64,000 nucleotides of DNA, from NCBI GenBank assembly GCA_900088475.1, contig FLMG01004242.1, positions 62,001-126,000 of the forward strand, read 5' to 3'. The DNA is from Hyphochytrium catenoides (lineage: Eukaryota; Protista; Hyphochytriomycota). Both the position numbers and the translations under genes were made by a program. The notes under the pieces are model-generated. The model was not told where the DNA came from, did not search any database, and saw only the letters and a list, made by a program, of their open reading frames with translations. Positions 43,671-55,955 of this stretch are shown here, in pieces (the first letter of the stretch is position 1; the number at the start of each line of letters is the position of its first letter).

Positions 43671-44591
43671 CCTTGGAATCTCCAACTTATCTCTCACTTT
43701 CCCAACCTTCCGATGTGACTTTCAGCTTCGTTATCTTTATCGCAGCGCGTTCTTTGCTAATCAGGAGCTCGTTTCAGGCTAGCACTGCCGCGATCGGCGC
43801 CCCCGATGGCAGTAGCAAAGAAAAGCTCAGCCCAGTAAACAGAAGGATGGTCGAAGAGACAAGGTAAGGCAGGAAATGCCTCTGCAGGGCAAGGGATGGA
43901 AGGGTTGGGAGGAGAAGAAGCTCAGAAAGCATGAGAGGCAGCGGAGAAAGAGAAAGATCTCCTGTTCTGATGATGTTAGCAGAGGATCTTCCGTCCTTCT
44001 CAAGGGCGAACAACGGGCAGGGAGGAGGGCGAAGAGCAGACGTCATTCTGAATCAAAGGCTATGTGAACCCGAATTACCTGAAGTACCATACCGGGGGTA
44101 ATAGGGTTTCTAAGGTCTTATGGTATATGTACTAGCAGCTACAACACCCATATTTTATGTCCTGACCCAAGTGGGTTCATAATGATGAAGCGACACACTA
44201 CTGGCAGCCTTTCCTTTCCTTCCTAGCGCTGGAGATGGACTGTACATCTTCTGTTTGTTAGTCTTAGGCTGCAAAGCAACAGGCAGACAGCCGTCATAAA
44301 GCGCGACGCGAGCCAGCTGGTAGCAGAGTCAATAGGCTATAGAATCCAAGCTAGGTTGCGCTCAATCTGTCGCCTAAAGAAGGCCAAACATCGAGATCGT
44401 CCAAAGAGGCAGAAAGGGGTTAAGAAGTAGAGCACTTCTCTCATCCCAGTGTATATATTTGAGGTTTCTCATAGAGTGCAAGCGCTGAACCTGCCTCTGA
44501 GGCGGTTATTGGCTTAAGATAAGAGGGCACGAGGCACAATGATGCTATTGACGAAGAAGAAGGAGAGTTCTGTTGGCCTGGGGTTCTCTAC

Positions 44592-45533
44592 TTATTGTTC
44601 TGAGAGAAGAATTTTTGTGAACTCTAGATCTTTGTCACAGACGTTGCTCACATTCTGCCGGTCACGTTGAAGAGACCAGAAAGAGACCATGCCCAGTCGC
44701 TTTTGCTTGGCAAACGCGGCAACTTTATGCGCGTCTTCAAGGCGAAAGATATTGTCTTGGACATCGTTAATGCCTAGCATGGGCGTCAGTCCTATAAGGT
44801 TCCAGGCCTTAGCGTCATCGAGGTTCTGCTGGGCTACTGACGAAAAGAGTCCCTTAAGCTGTCCGTGGGTACTGGTAGCGCATTCTATGGCATAGTCCCC
44901 CATGGAGCGCTCGGTGAAGCTGGCACCGTAGTTCATCGCCATTAGATTGACACCACGAAGTATCGTGTGAGCACGCAAAAAGATCCTGACAACTTCAAGA
45001 CCATCCGACGTCAAACCAGAAGGCATGGCTGGCAGAGTTAGCCACACCTCGAGCTGAGGGTGGGAGGAGGTCTGAAGCCTCCGTACAGCCTCACTTAGTC
45101 TTTGTGTTGCCTCAACATCAGCAATAGATGCACCTTCTATGTCGAAATCTACCCGTGATACTGGATACACTTGAAGAATTCTTCTTAATTCGGCCTCTAG
45201 CAGCTCTACCGTTTTCAGCCTTTGATGCAAAGGCACTCCAGCCGCGCCGCCGAAGGAGATTGCTGCATTGCCACCTTTTGCCTGAATTGACTGTATGAGC
45301 TTATCGAACGGCATATAGCTACCTCCCGGACCCGACCCGGGCGTCGTGTCTATTACTCCTGCCCAGGCACCATAATTTTCGCGTGCTCCATTGCCTGCCA
45401 CTATGAATGCAAGATTGAAATACAAGCATCCAATCTGGTCTATGACGGCAAGGTAGTCAAAGGGAGGCCATAGTCCCACGTCTACATAGGGTGCGACGAC
45501 ATAATCGGGCCAATTTGGTCCCAAACCGCTCAT
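44592..45533 (-). CDS. Intronless GH18 chitinase of prokaryotic type (PF-ChiA-like subfamily), catalytic domain only
   Basis: 313-aa single ORF with APYVDV, FNLAFI, ISFGGAAG, catalytic RVDFDIEG (DxDxE), LTLP..P.GLT, VNLMAMNYG, IGLTPMLGINDV and SFWSLQRD. Confidence 0.92.
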   Translation of the reverse strand: MSGLGPNWPDYVVAPYVDVGLWPPFDYLAVIDQIGCLYFNLAFIVAGNGARENYGAWAGVIDTTPGSGPGGSYMPFDKLIQSIQAKGGNAAISFGGAAGVPLHQRLKTVELLEAELRRILQVYPVSRVDFDIEGASIADVEATQRLSEAVRRLQTSSHPQLEVWLTLPAMPSGLTSDGLEVVRIFLRAHTILRGVNLMAMNYGASFTERSMGDYAIECATSTHGQLKGLFSSVAQQNLDDAKAWNLIGLTPMLGINDVQDNIFRLEDAHKVAAFAKQKRLGMVSFWSLQRDRQNVSNVCDKDLEFTKILLSEQ

Positions 45534-46228
45534 AACGCGGGTTGCCGAAGTGCAGGGGTCGACCAGCTGTGGGCTTCAACACTTCTACTGAGCCGGGATG
45601 CACTTTGCTTCCGTCGCAGCCCGTTGCATGACAGGAAGGAGCGAAGAAGAATGCGAAGATCCTTGTTTGTCTTCGCCAAAACGGCGATAAATCTAAAAAG
45701 AAGATCAGCAAAAGGAAGGAAACAAAGCTTCAGAAGGTCAGAACAGGATCGTAGAAGAATCAATCGTATAGATCAAACCTTTGATAATCTATTGAAAACG
45801 ATAAATATGTCAGCTATCCGAATGAAACTTATAACCCATGACCTTTGTTAGTATTGGCAGCAAACATTCATTGAAGTATTCTACTCCGTAAGTTTCTCCC
45901 AAAGAAGGTCGTTACAGACCCACACTCAGGTCTCAATAACCAGTGCACTCCTCCAAAAAATGAAGCTCTGAGCTCTCCGTTTCTCCATCGGCCGGCATCG
46001 GAAACTCATGGCGCAAAGCAACACAGAGATCGGAAGTGAGGGTAAAGTGAAAGAAGTAAAGACAGAGTAAGGGAGAGATGACTTCTGGCTCAAGAGGAAC
46101 GGCCCATGAAAGGATTCTTCATGAAATATAGAGATCATTCTGGGCCAGATCCCCTAAGTTGAACGCTTTTGGAGATCTGAGCTGAGGTCCACCGCTTGAT
46201 AGTCGTCCTTTGGGCTTTCTGGGAGGCA

Positions 46229-49200
46229 ATGTCGTCTCCTTCGAAGGCTCTCTCCTCTTGGGAGAAGAGCTTGAATGACATTATTGACAAGACCAATCGC
46301 AACTTGAGCTCTATGAAGAGCTCAACAGGACCGATCTATAGCAGTGGCCACAGCTCCTACTCCTCTGCAGACAAAGAATTGAAACACTTCACACGTGACT
46401 TTTCGGACGTTAGAAGTAAGTTGTCGTTAGAGCGCTCATCAGATTCTCTTCCCAGGGCTTGGGAGGAGAAAGAGTCAAACAGTAGACAACCTAACCGCGC
46501 CAGCACTGATGGTGCTGACATACATTCAGATCGTGGCAACAGAGCCAGTCTTCCCTCCGATGTGCGGAAGGCAGTGATGAAGGTGAAGGATGAGCTTCAG
46601 CTGGAAATTGATTCTCGAACCTCCTCTCTGGATCAGAAGGTTGGAGCTCTACGCTCTCAGCTGTCTGACGTCATCAGAGACTACGGAGACCTCTTCAAGA
46701 AGGTAATGGCTTTCAACTGTCTCGACCTCTTCCCGTTCGGACCTCTCTGTTCCTTACTTTGAGGTCCGCCTCTCACCATGGTGCTCTGCACTTCCCAATT
46801 CCATCTGTCCGGTTACTTTGAGTCCCACTGCTGCCTCAGTGAATTGCCAAACTGGTAATGTCTAGTCTGTTTTGCCGCTGCTAGGGTAGTCGGACACCTC
46901 TCCTCCAACGTACTTCTAAGCCTTCTGCAACTCGGCCTTGCAATGTCCCTTCTCCTTGGCACTTCCTTCATCTTGCTTCCCCACGCATAAATGTTCGCTC
47001 TGCTAGGTGAGGGTGACGGCCAATGCAGCAGATGTGCTAAAGGAAGACGTAGAGAGGCTTCGGAAGGGTGGTGACGGGAATGAGAAGACTTTGCGCGAGA
47101 CAGTGGATACTATAGCGGAAGGTTACAGGAAGAGCACTAGAGTTCTTGAGGAGGTGAAGAGACAGCTGCAGCTCCATGAGGACAAACACACGGCAATTGA
47201 AGGGTTGAACCTGTAAGAGGAGCTTCATCTGTCGCCCTTCCTATCTTCAAACTCGCCCTTGCTACAGAAAGATTTTATGTAGCGATTAGCTTTGCCAATC
47301 TGTGCCTCTTCCTAACCTCCACGCGTTGCAATCTATTTATCATCCCTTAGGAGCTCTAAGCTCGCCGAGCTCAATCGCCAGTCCTCAGAGTTCAGATCAT
47401 TGATGGAGGACTCCCTGGCACCCCTTATTAGCCGCACTCAGAGATTGGAGAAGTGGCAGGTTGACTGCGAAAAGGATGTAGAAAATCGCAGCCAGCTCCT
47501 GGGGCAGAGAGCTGAAGCGCAAGCGCAAGCCATTGAGAAGGTAACGTCTTTTTCATTCCGATCGCGCTCTTTGAAACTTGTCTCTATCCTCTATCAATAC
47601 CTTCCGCTATTTGCTCTCTTTATCCTTTGTTTTCCAACTTGTTTGGCTAATGGCAAACCCATTTCCTCTCATATAACCCTCCAGCTCCGAGCGGAAGCGC
47701 TCTCGCCTTTCGCAATCAAGAAGCTTATTGAGGAGGTGATCTCAGAGCGTTGCTCGCGGCTAGAAAATGAGGTCATGAAGAGAGCACTGGCTTCTGCTGA
47801 GGCCATTGAGAGAAGAATAGCAGACCGTCTTGCCCACCAACAGAATATGATGGAGAAAAACATGGAGATGCAGAAGGGAGAGATATACGAAAGGTAAGTC
47901 CGAGAAAGAGAGGAGACTTCAGCAGAGACCATCATCCACATGTGTACATAGAGCGAAAGCAAAGCAAAGTGCTGCCAAGTCGACGCCTTGAGCACCTTTA
48001 CTGAGGCCATGTTCCTGTCCAGGGTGGCAGATCTCTCTCGGTCTGTCATAGATCTTCAAAAGAAGCAGGCGCAAGACGTGACCTCCCGGGCAGCCGACAT
48101 AGACCAGGTACATACTCCTCCTCCCTGTCTATAGCCTCTTCCCTGTCATTGCGGCTCGTGTTCCTAGCTTTTTGGCTCTCTGTAATCCAGACCTTCTGCG
48201 TTCAATTTCTTGCTCCTACGCAGACCATCCTTATCTCTCACCTTTCATTGAATCCTCCCCCTTATTCACTTCTTGGGGCTTCCCACATCTTCCTAAGATA
48301 CACATCTTGACCATTCGAAATCGGTGCCCGATCTGTGTAATCAGGGTCTCACAATCCCGCCTTCCTTCCCAATTGCTGACTGTCGCTTGCTCTTCCTTGT
48401 TTCTCTATAAGATCATGGATAAGCTGACGGTCCAGAGGCAAGAATTGCAGCGCAAACAACAGCAGCTGGAAACATCTCTCACCAATTTAGAGGCTAGCAC
48501 TCAAGAGGAAAGGGAGATTGGGCAAAAAGCAGAAAGAAGCTTTCAGCAACTAGAAAGCAAGGTCAACTCCCTCTCCGTGGCTTTAGAGGGCAAAGGAGCG
48601 GACTGGGACAAGGTTAGGGCGACCCTCCGAGAGCTGGAGAAGCAGCACGAAGAACTAATGGAAGAAAGAGTAACACTGCGAAGTGCTATTAAGGAGAGAG
48701 CAGAGAGCACAGACTCTGGATTTCTGAGGGAGATGACTCTCTTCAGAGCCTCAACTAAAGAGGAGATAGATAGACTCTCCCGCACCATCTCTGCTCTAAA
48801 AGAGGCCACGCTCGAACAGCTCCAGAGTTATGAAGACAAGAACAAGAGAGAACAAGAGAAGAGTACTAGAGAAACAGGAACAGCTTTGATGGAGCTGAAG
48901 ACTGTGCTGGATAGAACATCCGCAGAGGTCAACGGTTTAAAAGCGCGAGCAGAGGCGGCAGAATCTTCAAAAGAGCTGGAGGTAGCACTAGCACTGACCG
49001 GTTTCCTTCCCTTATCTCTGCCTGAGAGTATAATGCCTATGTTATCTCTGCCTGAGAGTATAATGCCTATGTTTCTCCTCTTCGTTCTTCCTCTTTACAC
49101 ACTTCTGAAAGTTCACACCGCGATGTCAATCTTCAATAGCTCGCTTTAGGGACTTACTTTCTCTCGTCTCCAGCTTCACGCTCTACGACGGAAGTTAACT

Positions 49201-52200
49201 GCGGCGATGGAAGAATGGAAGAAAGCGGAGTCAAAGAGGCAGCACGCGGTTGCCGCCCATGAAGAGCTTAAAGAGGTGGGAGTGAATGGTAAAGTCAGTT
49301 CGTATCTTGTCTAGTCGGCTAAGTCGCTTGGCTGGTATCAGAAACTCACTGGAGAGACGCAGCGGTTGCTGGAAAGGTTCAGAGAAAAAGAAAAGGATGT
49401 AGAAGAAGAGAGGAAGGTTCTGACATCGCAATTGAGAGAAAAGGAGATGTCTCTCTCCGCACTGGAAACGAAGATGAGTTTCTCGACATCTCGGCTGGCG
49501 CAAGAGGAAGCTGTAACCTTACAACTCCAAAGTAAGATTAAAGAGCTCCGGGATCAGCTGACTCAGTCCAAGAGATCGGTAAGAAGGCACTTCTTCTCTC
49601 GCCTCCTCGTTTCTCGTTCTGTCTGATGGAAGAGGAAATCAACACAAAGTTCTGCTCCTCTTTCTCACCATTATCTTAAATTGGTCCTTTCTAGCTGGAA
49701 GCGAGCGCAGAGGAGGGACGCTGCCAGCTTGCTACGGCTGAGAAGAAGCTACAGGAGAAGACGAACGAAGTTCTTCGTTTGACAATGGCGCTAGAGGAGC
49801 AAGAGAAAATAGTAAAAGGTTTAAGAGAGAAGGAGGCGTCCTTCCAAGAGAGAGAGAGAGAATTATGTCATTCTAAGGACAAGGAGCTTGCTCTTCTCCG
49901 AGAAGAGGCGGCAGACCTGGTAAGTACAACCTTAACCATATTCTGGCATGAACTCAGGGTATCTTTTCCCCCTTCCACGTGGTTGCCAGGGCTTCGAATG
50001 ATAGTACTCTCTGACTTCATCCGCTTACGTCGGTCTCTCTTCTTCTCCTCTCTTCATATCTACTTCAGATTGAGGAGATGGAACGCTCTCTAGAGGCGCA
50101 GCAAAAGAAGCTAGAGGGCGATAGGAGGAAAAAGGAGGAAGAAGTATATCGCTTGGAGCAATTGGTGCAAAGCTTACAGAAAGAGCTTTTAGAAGAGAAA
50201 AAGAAGGACAAGAACGATGAGATATCTACATCTCTTCCATCATCTTCTTCCCTTCCAGCATCACTGCCTTCAATCGCCGCCCGTGCGCTGGAAGCTGAGC
50301 AACTGATGCAGTCTGAATGGAAGGAGCTGAGAGAAAGAGAGGTGAAGAAGGATGAGGAACTTAAAGAAAAGCAGGAGAAGGTTCAGGCTCTTGAGGAGGC
50401 AATTGCCAAGCTCACAGAAGATTTGAAGAGGATGAGAGATAAGTCCACAACTGACAGAGAGCAAAGCATTGGACGTGGCCCCAACGAAGAGGTAAAAACG
50501 GTGTTTTTCAGCCTTTTCTTGCGAGCAGGACGCACTGGCGTCTGCCGTTCTATTCTTCCTATTCTCACCAAGTCTCTCCAAGACCTCTAATACTGACCTT
50601 TGCATTGCCCCCGATCCGGTCAGGTACAATATCAGGCTCAGATAGAGGCGCTTCAAAGAGAAAGAGAAGTTGAAAGGGAGAAGGGAGAGAAGAGAGAGAA
50701 GCACCTAGGGGAACAGCTCCGAAGATACTCAGCGAGCCTCTTGCAAGTTGAGAACAAACTTAGGCAGCTTGAGGCATCCGCTGGCCTCCTATTATCTACG
50801 GAAGAGGAGGAAAGCTGTAACAGTCTTGAAGAAGAGCTAGGTGATGAAGAGAAACACAAGCTGTCTCCTCTTCTTCAACGCCTGGATTCTCTACAAAAAG
50901 CCATATCAGAGCAGAAGGCGAGACAAGGTGAGCCCCTATAACGTGGCCATAGACTTCTCCCATAGTTCTATCTCGCAGCTCCGCTTACCTCCCTCTTCAT
51001 CGCTTTGCCCAGATGAACAGCTAACAGCTTTCTCAAGTCAGCTCGGTCAGTTTAGAGACTCGGGTCGTACTCTGACCCCTGGACAAGAAGGACTTACCAC
51101 TGTCAATCCGGAAGCCCTTCGAAAGGAGTTGGAGACATTATTATCTGCCAAAGAGCGACTAGAGCAAGAGAGGGATACTCTTTCTTTCGCATTGCAGAGA
51201 TTGAATGAAGAAAGAGATTCTCTTGCTCTTTCTAAGGAACATTTGGAAAGAACCCTTGCTGTGAAGGATACAACTCCTGCAGGTCTGCGAAGAGCAGGAG
51301 CTACACAGCTGGCAGAGAGACTGAAGCTTCTTCAAAAGACTATGGGTTCTCTCTCAACTGTCCGCTTGCCATCTGACACAGGTACCTCAATAGCGACATG
51401 CCTCCTCCATTTATTCTTATCAGGGCCTTCATATTGCTTACCTCGAATGCCAAATGCCGTGGACTTCCTCTAAGACATTTCTCTCACTGATACCATCTTG
51501 GCTCCTCTGGTTGTATCTCCGTATTAGGCCACTTAGAGACGCCTATAGCCGTAAGCAGGTTTGAGTCTCTTGGCAGTCAAGCTCAGAAGATCTTTTCTCT
51601 ACTGTCACGGACCGTGGGACTGCTATCCGATCTAGAGAAAGTGGAAGAGATCAGCAGTAAGGCCGCGGAGGCGCTGAGAGAAAGTGAGAGCAGGGCGAAA
51701 ATGAAGCACTCAGAGGCTGAGCAAAGACTGGCTTCCGCGAGAACCGAACTGGAAAATGCAGAGGAGGCTCGTAAGTCACTCATTGCCCAGTATAGGAACA
51801 TGGAAGCTGAGCTGGAAGAACGATGCAGCTCTCTGAAAGATGAGGTGGCAGCTGTGCAGGAAAGACATAACAAGGGCACGGAAGAAGAGGTTTCTTTGGC
51901 GAAGTATGTGCAGGAAGTCCACCGCCAGCTCGATGAAGCGAGGATTGCCCATCTCACCGTCTCTCAACAGCTCTCTGCAATTCCTCTTTTATCGGCCATT
52001 GCCCAAGAGAGAGCAAGGGCGCTGTCTGAAATGGAACAAAGGGTGAAAGACAGTGACGAGAGAGTAAAGGCCGCCGATATGAGTGCAGTAGAGGCATTAA
52101 TAGGTGTACATGGCATCGTGGAGCCAGCTCTGGCCAGCGACCCCGGAAAGGAATCTCTTACGTCAACGGTCTCTAGAAAGATAATAGACGACCTGAAGCT

Positions 52201-55200
52201 GCAACTTCAAGCTGTTCCTTTGCTAACAATGAAGCTCGCAGAACTGGCGACTGAGCTGAGAGAGAACACTCGCGAGGACGCCAGGAACCCGGACCGAAAG
52301 AGCAACTTAGCGATGCAATCTGAAGAGCTACACGTACGGATGGCAGAAAACCTGGTAACAAGCATCCAGACAAACATTGACAAGGAATTGAGCAATCAAG
52401 AGAAAGACGAGGCGGCTATCAGGATCCAGAGCTTGATCAGAAAAAGTTCGGTTGAGAAGCAATATCAGAGTCTTTCCAGAGTGAGTGAGGATGAGAAAGA
52501 AAGGGAACGAATAGCGGTGACGAAAGTTCAGAGTCTAGTTAGGCAGAGGTCCCCTGAGAAGCTGGTGGAAGCGCTACGGAAACAGAAAAACGAGGAAGAA
52601 GTCGAAGGGCAGAGAGAAGCAGCCACCAAGATCCAAAGCCTCACGAGACGAAGGTCAGCCGAAAAGCAGTTGCAGAAGCTGCGACAGGAAAAGGAAGCGG
52701 AGGAACAGGAGGTTGAGCGCCGGGAAGCTGCAACCAAGATTCAGAGCATGGTAAGACGCAGATCTGCGGAAAAGCTGGTCGATGGCTTGCGAAACGGGAG
52801 GCTGGAAGAAGAAGCCGAGGAGTGGAGAGAAGCAGCGACCAAGATCCAAACCTTCACGAGACGAAGGTCAGCCGAAAAGCAATTGCAGAAGCTGCGACAC
52901 GAAAAGGAAGTGGAGGATCGGGAAGTCGAGCGCCAAGAGGCTGCAACCAGGATTCAGAGCGTAGTAAGACGTAGATCTGCCGAGGAGCTGGTGGATGGGC
53001 TAAGGAACAAGAGAAAGGAAGAAGAAGCCGATATGAAGAGAGAAGCGGCCACCAAGATTCAAAGCCTCACAAGACGGAGATCAGCCGAAAGGCACGTACA
53101 GAAACTGCGCAAGCTTAAGGAAGCGGAGGATCGGGAAGTCGAGCGCCAGGAGGCTGCAACCAGGGTCCAGAGCTTAGTAAGACGTAGGTCTGCTGAAAGG
53201 CTGGTGGATCGGCTAAGGAAAGAGAAAGAAGAAATCGAAGAGCGGCGAGAAGCGGCCACCAAGATTCAATGCCTCACAAGACGGAGATCAGCCGAAAGGC
53301 TAGTGCAGAAACTGAGAGAGGAAAAAGAAGCGGAAGAAAGGACTGAGCGCCAAGAAGCCGTAACCAAGATCCAGAGCTTAGTAAGACGTAGGTCTGCTGA
53401 AAGGCTGGTGGATGGGCTAAGGAAAGAGAAAGAAGAAATCGAAGAGCGGAGAGAAGCGGCTACCAAGATTCAAAGTCTCACAAGACGGAGGTCAGCGGAA
53501 AGGCTAGTGCAGAAACTGAGAGAGGAAAAAGAAGCGGAAGAAAGCACTGAGTGCCAAGAGGCCGTAACCAAGATCCAGAGCTTAGTAAGACGTAGGTCTG
53601 CTGAAAACCTGGTGGCTCGGCTTAGAAGAGAGAAAAAGGAGGAAGAAGCCGAAGTGCGGCGAGAAGCAGTCACCAAGATCCAAAGCCTCATGAGGAGGAA
53701 ATCAGCGGAGAAGCGAGTTAAGAGAATGCAGAGAGCGAGGGAAGAAGAAAAAGTGGAGCTTGAGGCCGCTGCAGCCATCAAGATTCAGAGTTTAGTCAGA
53801 CAAAAACTAGCTGCGGAGGTGGCGGCGGGCCTAAGGAAAGGAAAGAAGGATCAAGAAGAGAGTCACAAACAAGTGGAGGCAGCTACGAGAATCCAGAGCC
53901 TGACAAGGCGAAGATCTGCGGAGAGGCTCTTAAAGAAGCTACAGGATGAGGCTCAAGCTAAGGAGGAAGACGACAGGAGGAAAGCTGCAGCCAAGATCCA
54001 GAGGTTGGTGCGCCGCAGCTCTGCTCGGAACAAAGAATTGGAGAAACTGCAACGAGGACAAGAAGATCAGAAGACGAACACTGAACGACGACAAGCAGTC
54101 ATGAAGATTCAGCGCATGGCGAGGCGCAGAGCAGCACTGAAGCTGCGACGGAGTTTGCTAGAAGAAAGGGAAGCAGAGGAAAAGAAGGATCAAAGAGAAG
54201 CTGCGACCAAAATCCAGTGCCTTGTTAGACGTCGGTCGGCCGAGATGCTGCTAGCAGAGCTACAGAAAAAGAGGCAAGAGAGTTTCTTCAAGGGGCAAAA
54301 TGAAGCAGCGACGAAGATCCAAAGCGTTGTTAGACGAAGCTCTGCTAAAAAGCTAATGAAAAGGCTCCAGGCTCAGAGGAGAGCTGAAGCGAAGGCAGAG
54401 GAGCAAGACGAAGCTGCAACCAGAATTCAGTGCCTAGTCAGACAAAGATCAGCCACGAAAACCCTCCGGACACTCCGCAAGGAGAACGAGGGACAAAGGC
54501 TAGAGACGGAAAGATTGGCCGCGACGAGGATTCAAAGCATGGCAAGGCGGAAGTTCGCTGAGAAACTTCTGGCAAAGCTCCAGAGAGAGAGGATAGAAGT
54601 GAAGGAAGGAGAGGCCCGGACGCAAGCCGCGACTAAGATCCAGCGCTTGGTCAGGCAAAGATTGGCACAAAAGCTGCTGGAGAAGCTCCAAATGGAGAAA
54701 GCAGAGCAGAGCAAGGCAGCAAGCAGGATCCAGCTTTTGGTGAGGCGAAACATTGCCGAGAAGCAAAAAGAAGCAGCGATCAAGATACAAAGTCTCGTAC
54801 GACGCAGATCGGCCCAGAATCTCCGAGACAAGCTGCAGAGGGATAAGGAGGAAATTGGCAAGGAAGAAGCGACGGAACCAACGAAGGAGATCCAGCATCT
54901 GCGCCTGCAGATCTCGGGCGATGAACCCCAAACGCTATCGTCAGGACGAGATGATACGGATCTTAGCATTTCTACAGTGCAGCCCACTCCAGTAGTAGCT
55001 GCAGGCGGGGAGGGTCAGCATGAACTACCCGAACAGACGGGAGAAGCTTCAGAACATGCTTTGTTGACATCAGGAGGTCGTCAGACTCTCTTCCAGCTGG
55101 ATTTAGACAACGTCAAGCGAAGTAGCATGCTCGAATCCTGGGATGACCTCACTGAAGATGAGGAAGCAGTAGCCAAACCATCAGAAAACTTCCGACAAAA

Positions 55201-55839
55201 TTCACATCATTTGAAGGGAGAAGACAGTAGTCCAATCGCTGCCACCGACGGTGCTGCGGGTAGCCCTAGCCCCAAGGGCAGTCTAATGGAACGGTTAGCC
55301 GCCGCTCGTCTGAAAGCAGCACAGCAAGCAATGACTGCAGCAGAGCAAAATGACGAAGTTAGCCCCCTTCCGACAGACACCAGACACCCGTCCGAAGATA
55401 GTGCGGACGACCTTCAGATTCCCGCTTTAAATAGCACCTTTGACGGAAGCCGAGGGGAGGAGGATGAGAAAGAGAAAAGTGAAAGCCAAGAAGATCAGAA
55501 GGCTCCCGACTCCGGCCTCCTGAGCCCTATGGTAAGGCTTGTTCGACTTCCAAATGTGCCATAATCTAGACATCTGACTGTTCGTCGCCCTGCGTGTGCA
55601 ATGCGCTCGGCCCAAATCGCTACTTTTTCACCAAGCGCCTTACCGAGACCAGTAATGCCGAGGATACGCCCATGGAGTCAGTGGAGGAGCTAGAAGAAGA
55701 AGTTCTAGAGGAATCTGTGGAAGAGTTGGAGGAGTCGGTCGAAGGAATGGACGAAGAGTTGTTGGACAAGGGCGAAGAGCACAAGAGTCAAGAGTACGAG
55801 GATGAGGAGTTTGACTCGTATGAGGACGAGGGTAAATAG
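46229..55839 (+). CDS. Large coiled-coil protein with ~24 IQ-like repeats and acidic C-terminus; multi-exon
   Basis: A chain of E/K/R/Q-rich heptad exons starts at MSSPSKALSSWEKSLNDIIDKTN. A phase-1 donor (~51382) and acceptor (~51527) link them in frame to the 1316-aa ORF 51614-55564. The final acidic exon ends at TAA 55839. Confidence 0.8.
49012..49071. repeat. Perfect 30-bp tandem duplication in an intron
   Basis: TTATCTCTGCCTGAGAGTATAATGCCTATG x2. Confidence 0.95.
52411..54812 (+). repeat. Coding tandem array of ~24 IQ-like motifs (AATKIQSLxRRRSAE), mostly ~33-36 aa apart
   Basis: Counted in the translated ORF. The central units alternate as A/B pairs with DNA periods of about 204-213 nt. 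Confidence 0.92.
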
Positions 55840-55955
55840 TGGGCGATTGAGATCTTTAGATAGAAGGACGCTTCTTTCTCATCTGGCAAAATGACCCTAT
55901 GTACTCCTGCAGTCCGTCGCATTCGGTAGCTCTACACTAGAAAAGGCTGAGGATG

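Noticed and set aside
51583-54987. Many minus-strand ORFs (SADLRLVRL repeats)
   Set aside because: They are antisense shadows of the IQ-repeat exon.
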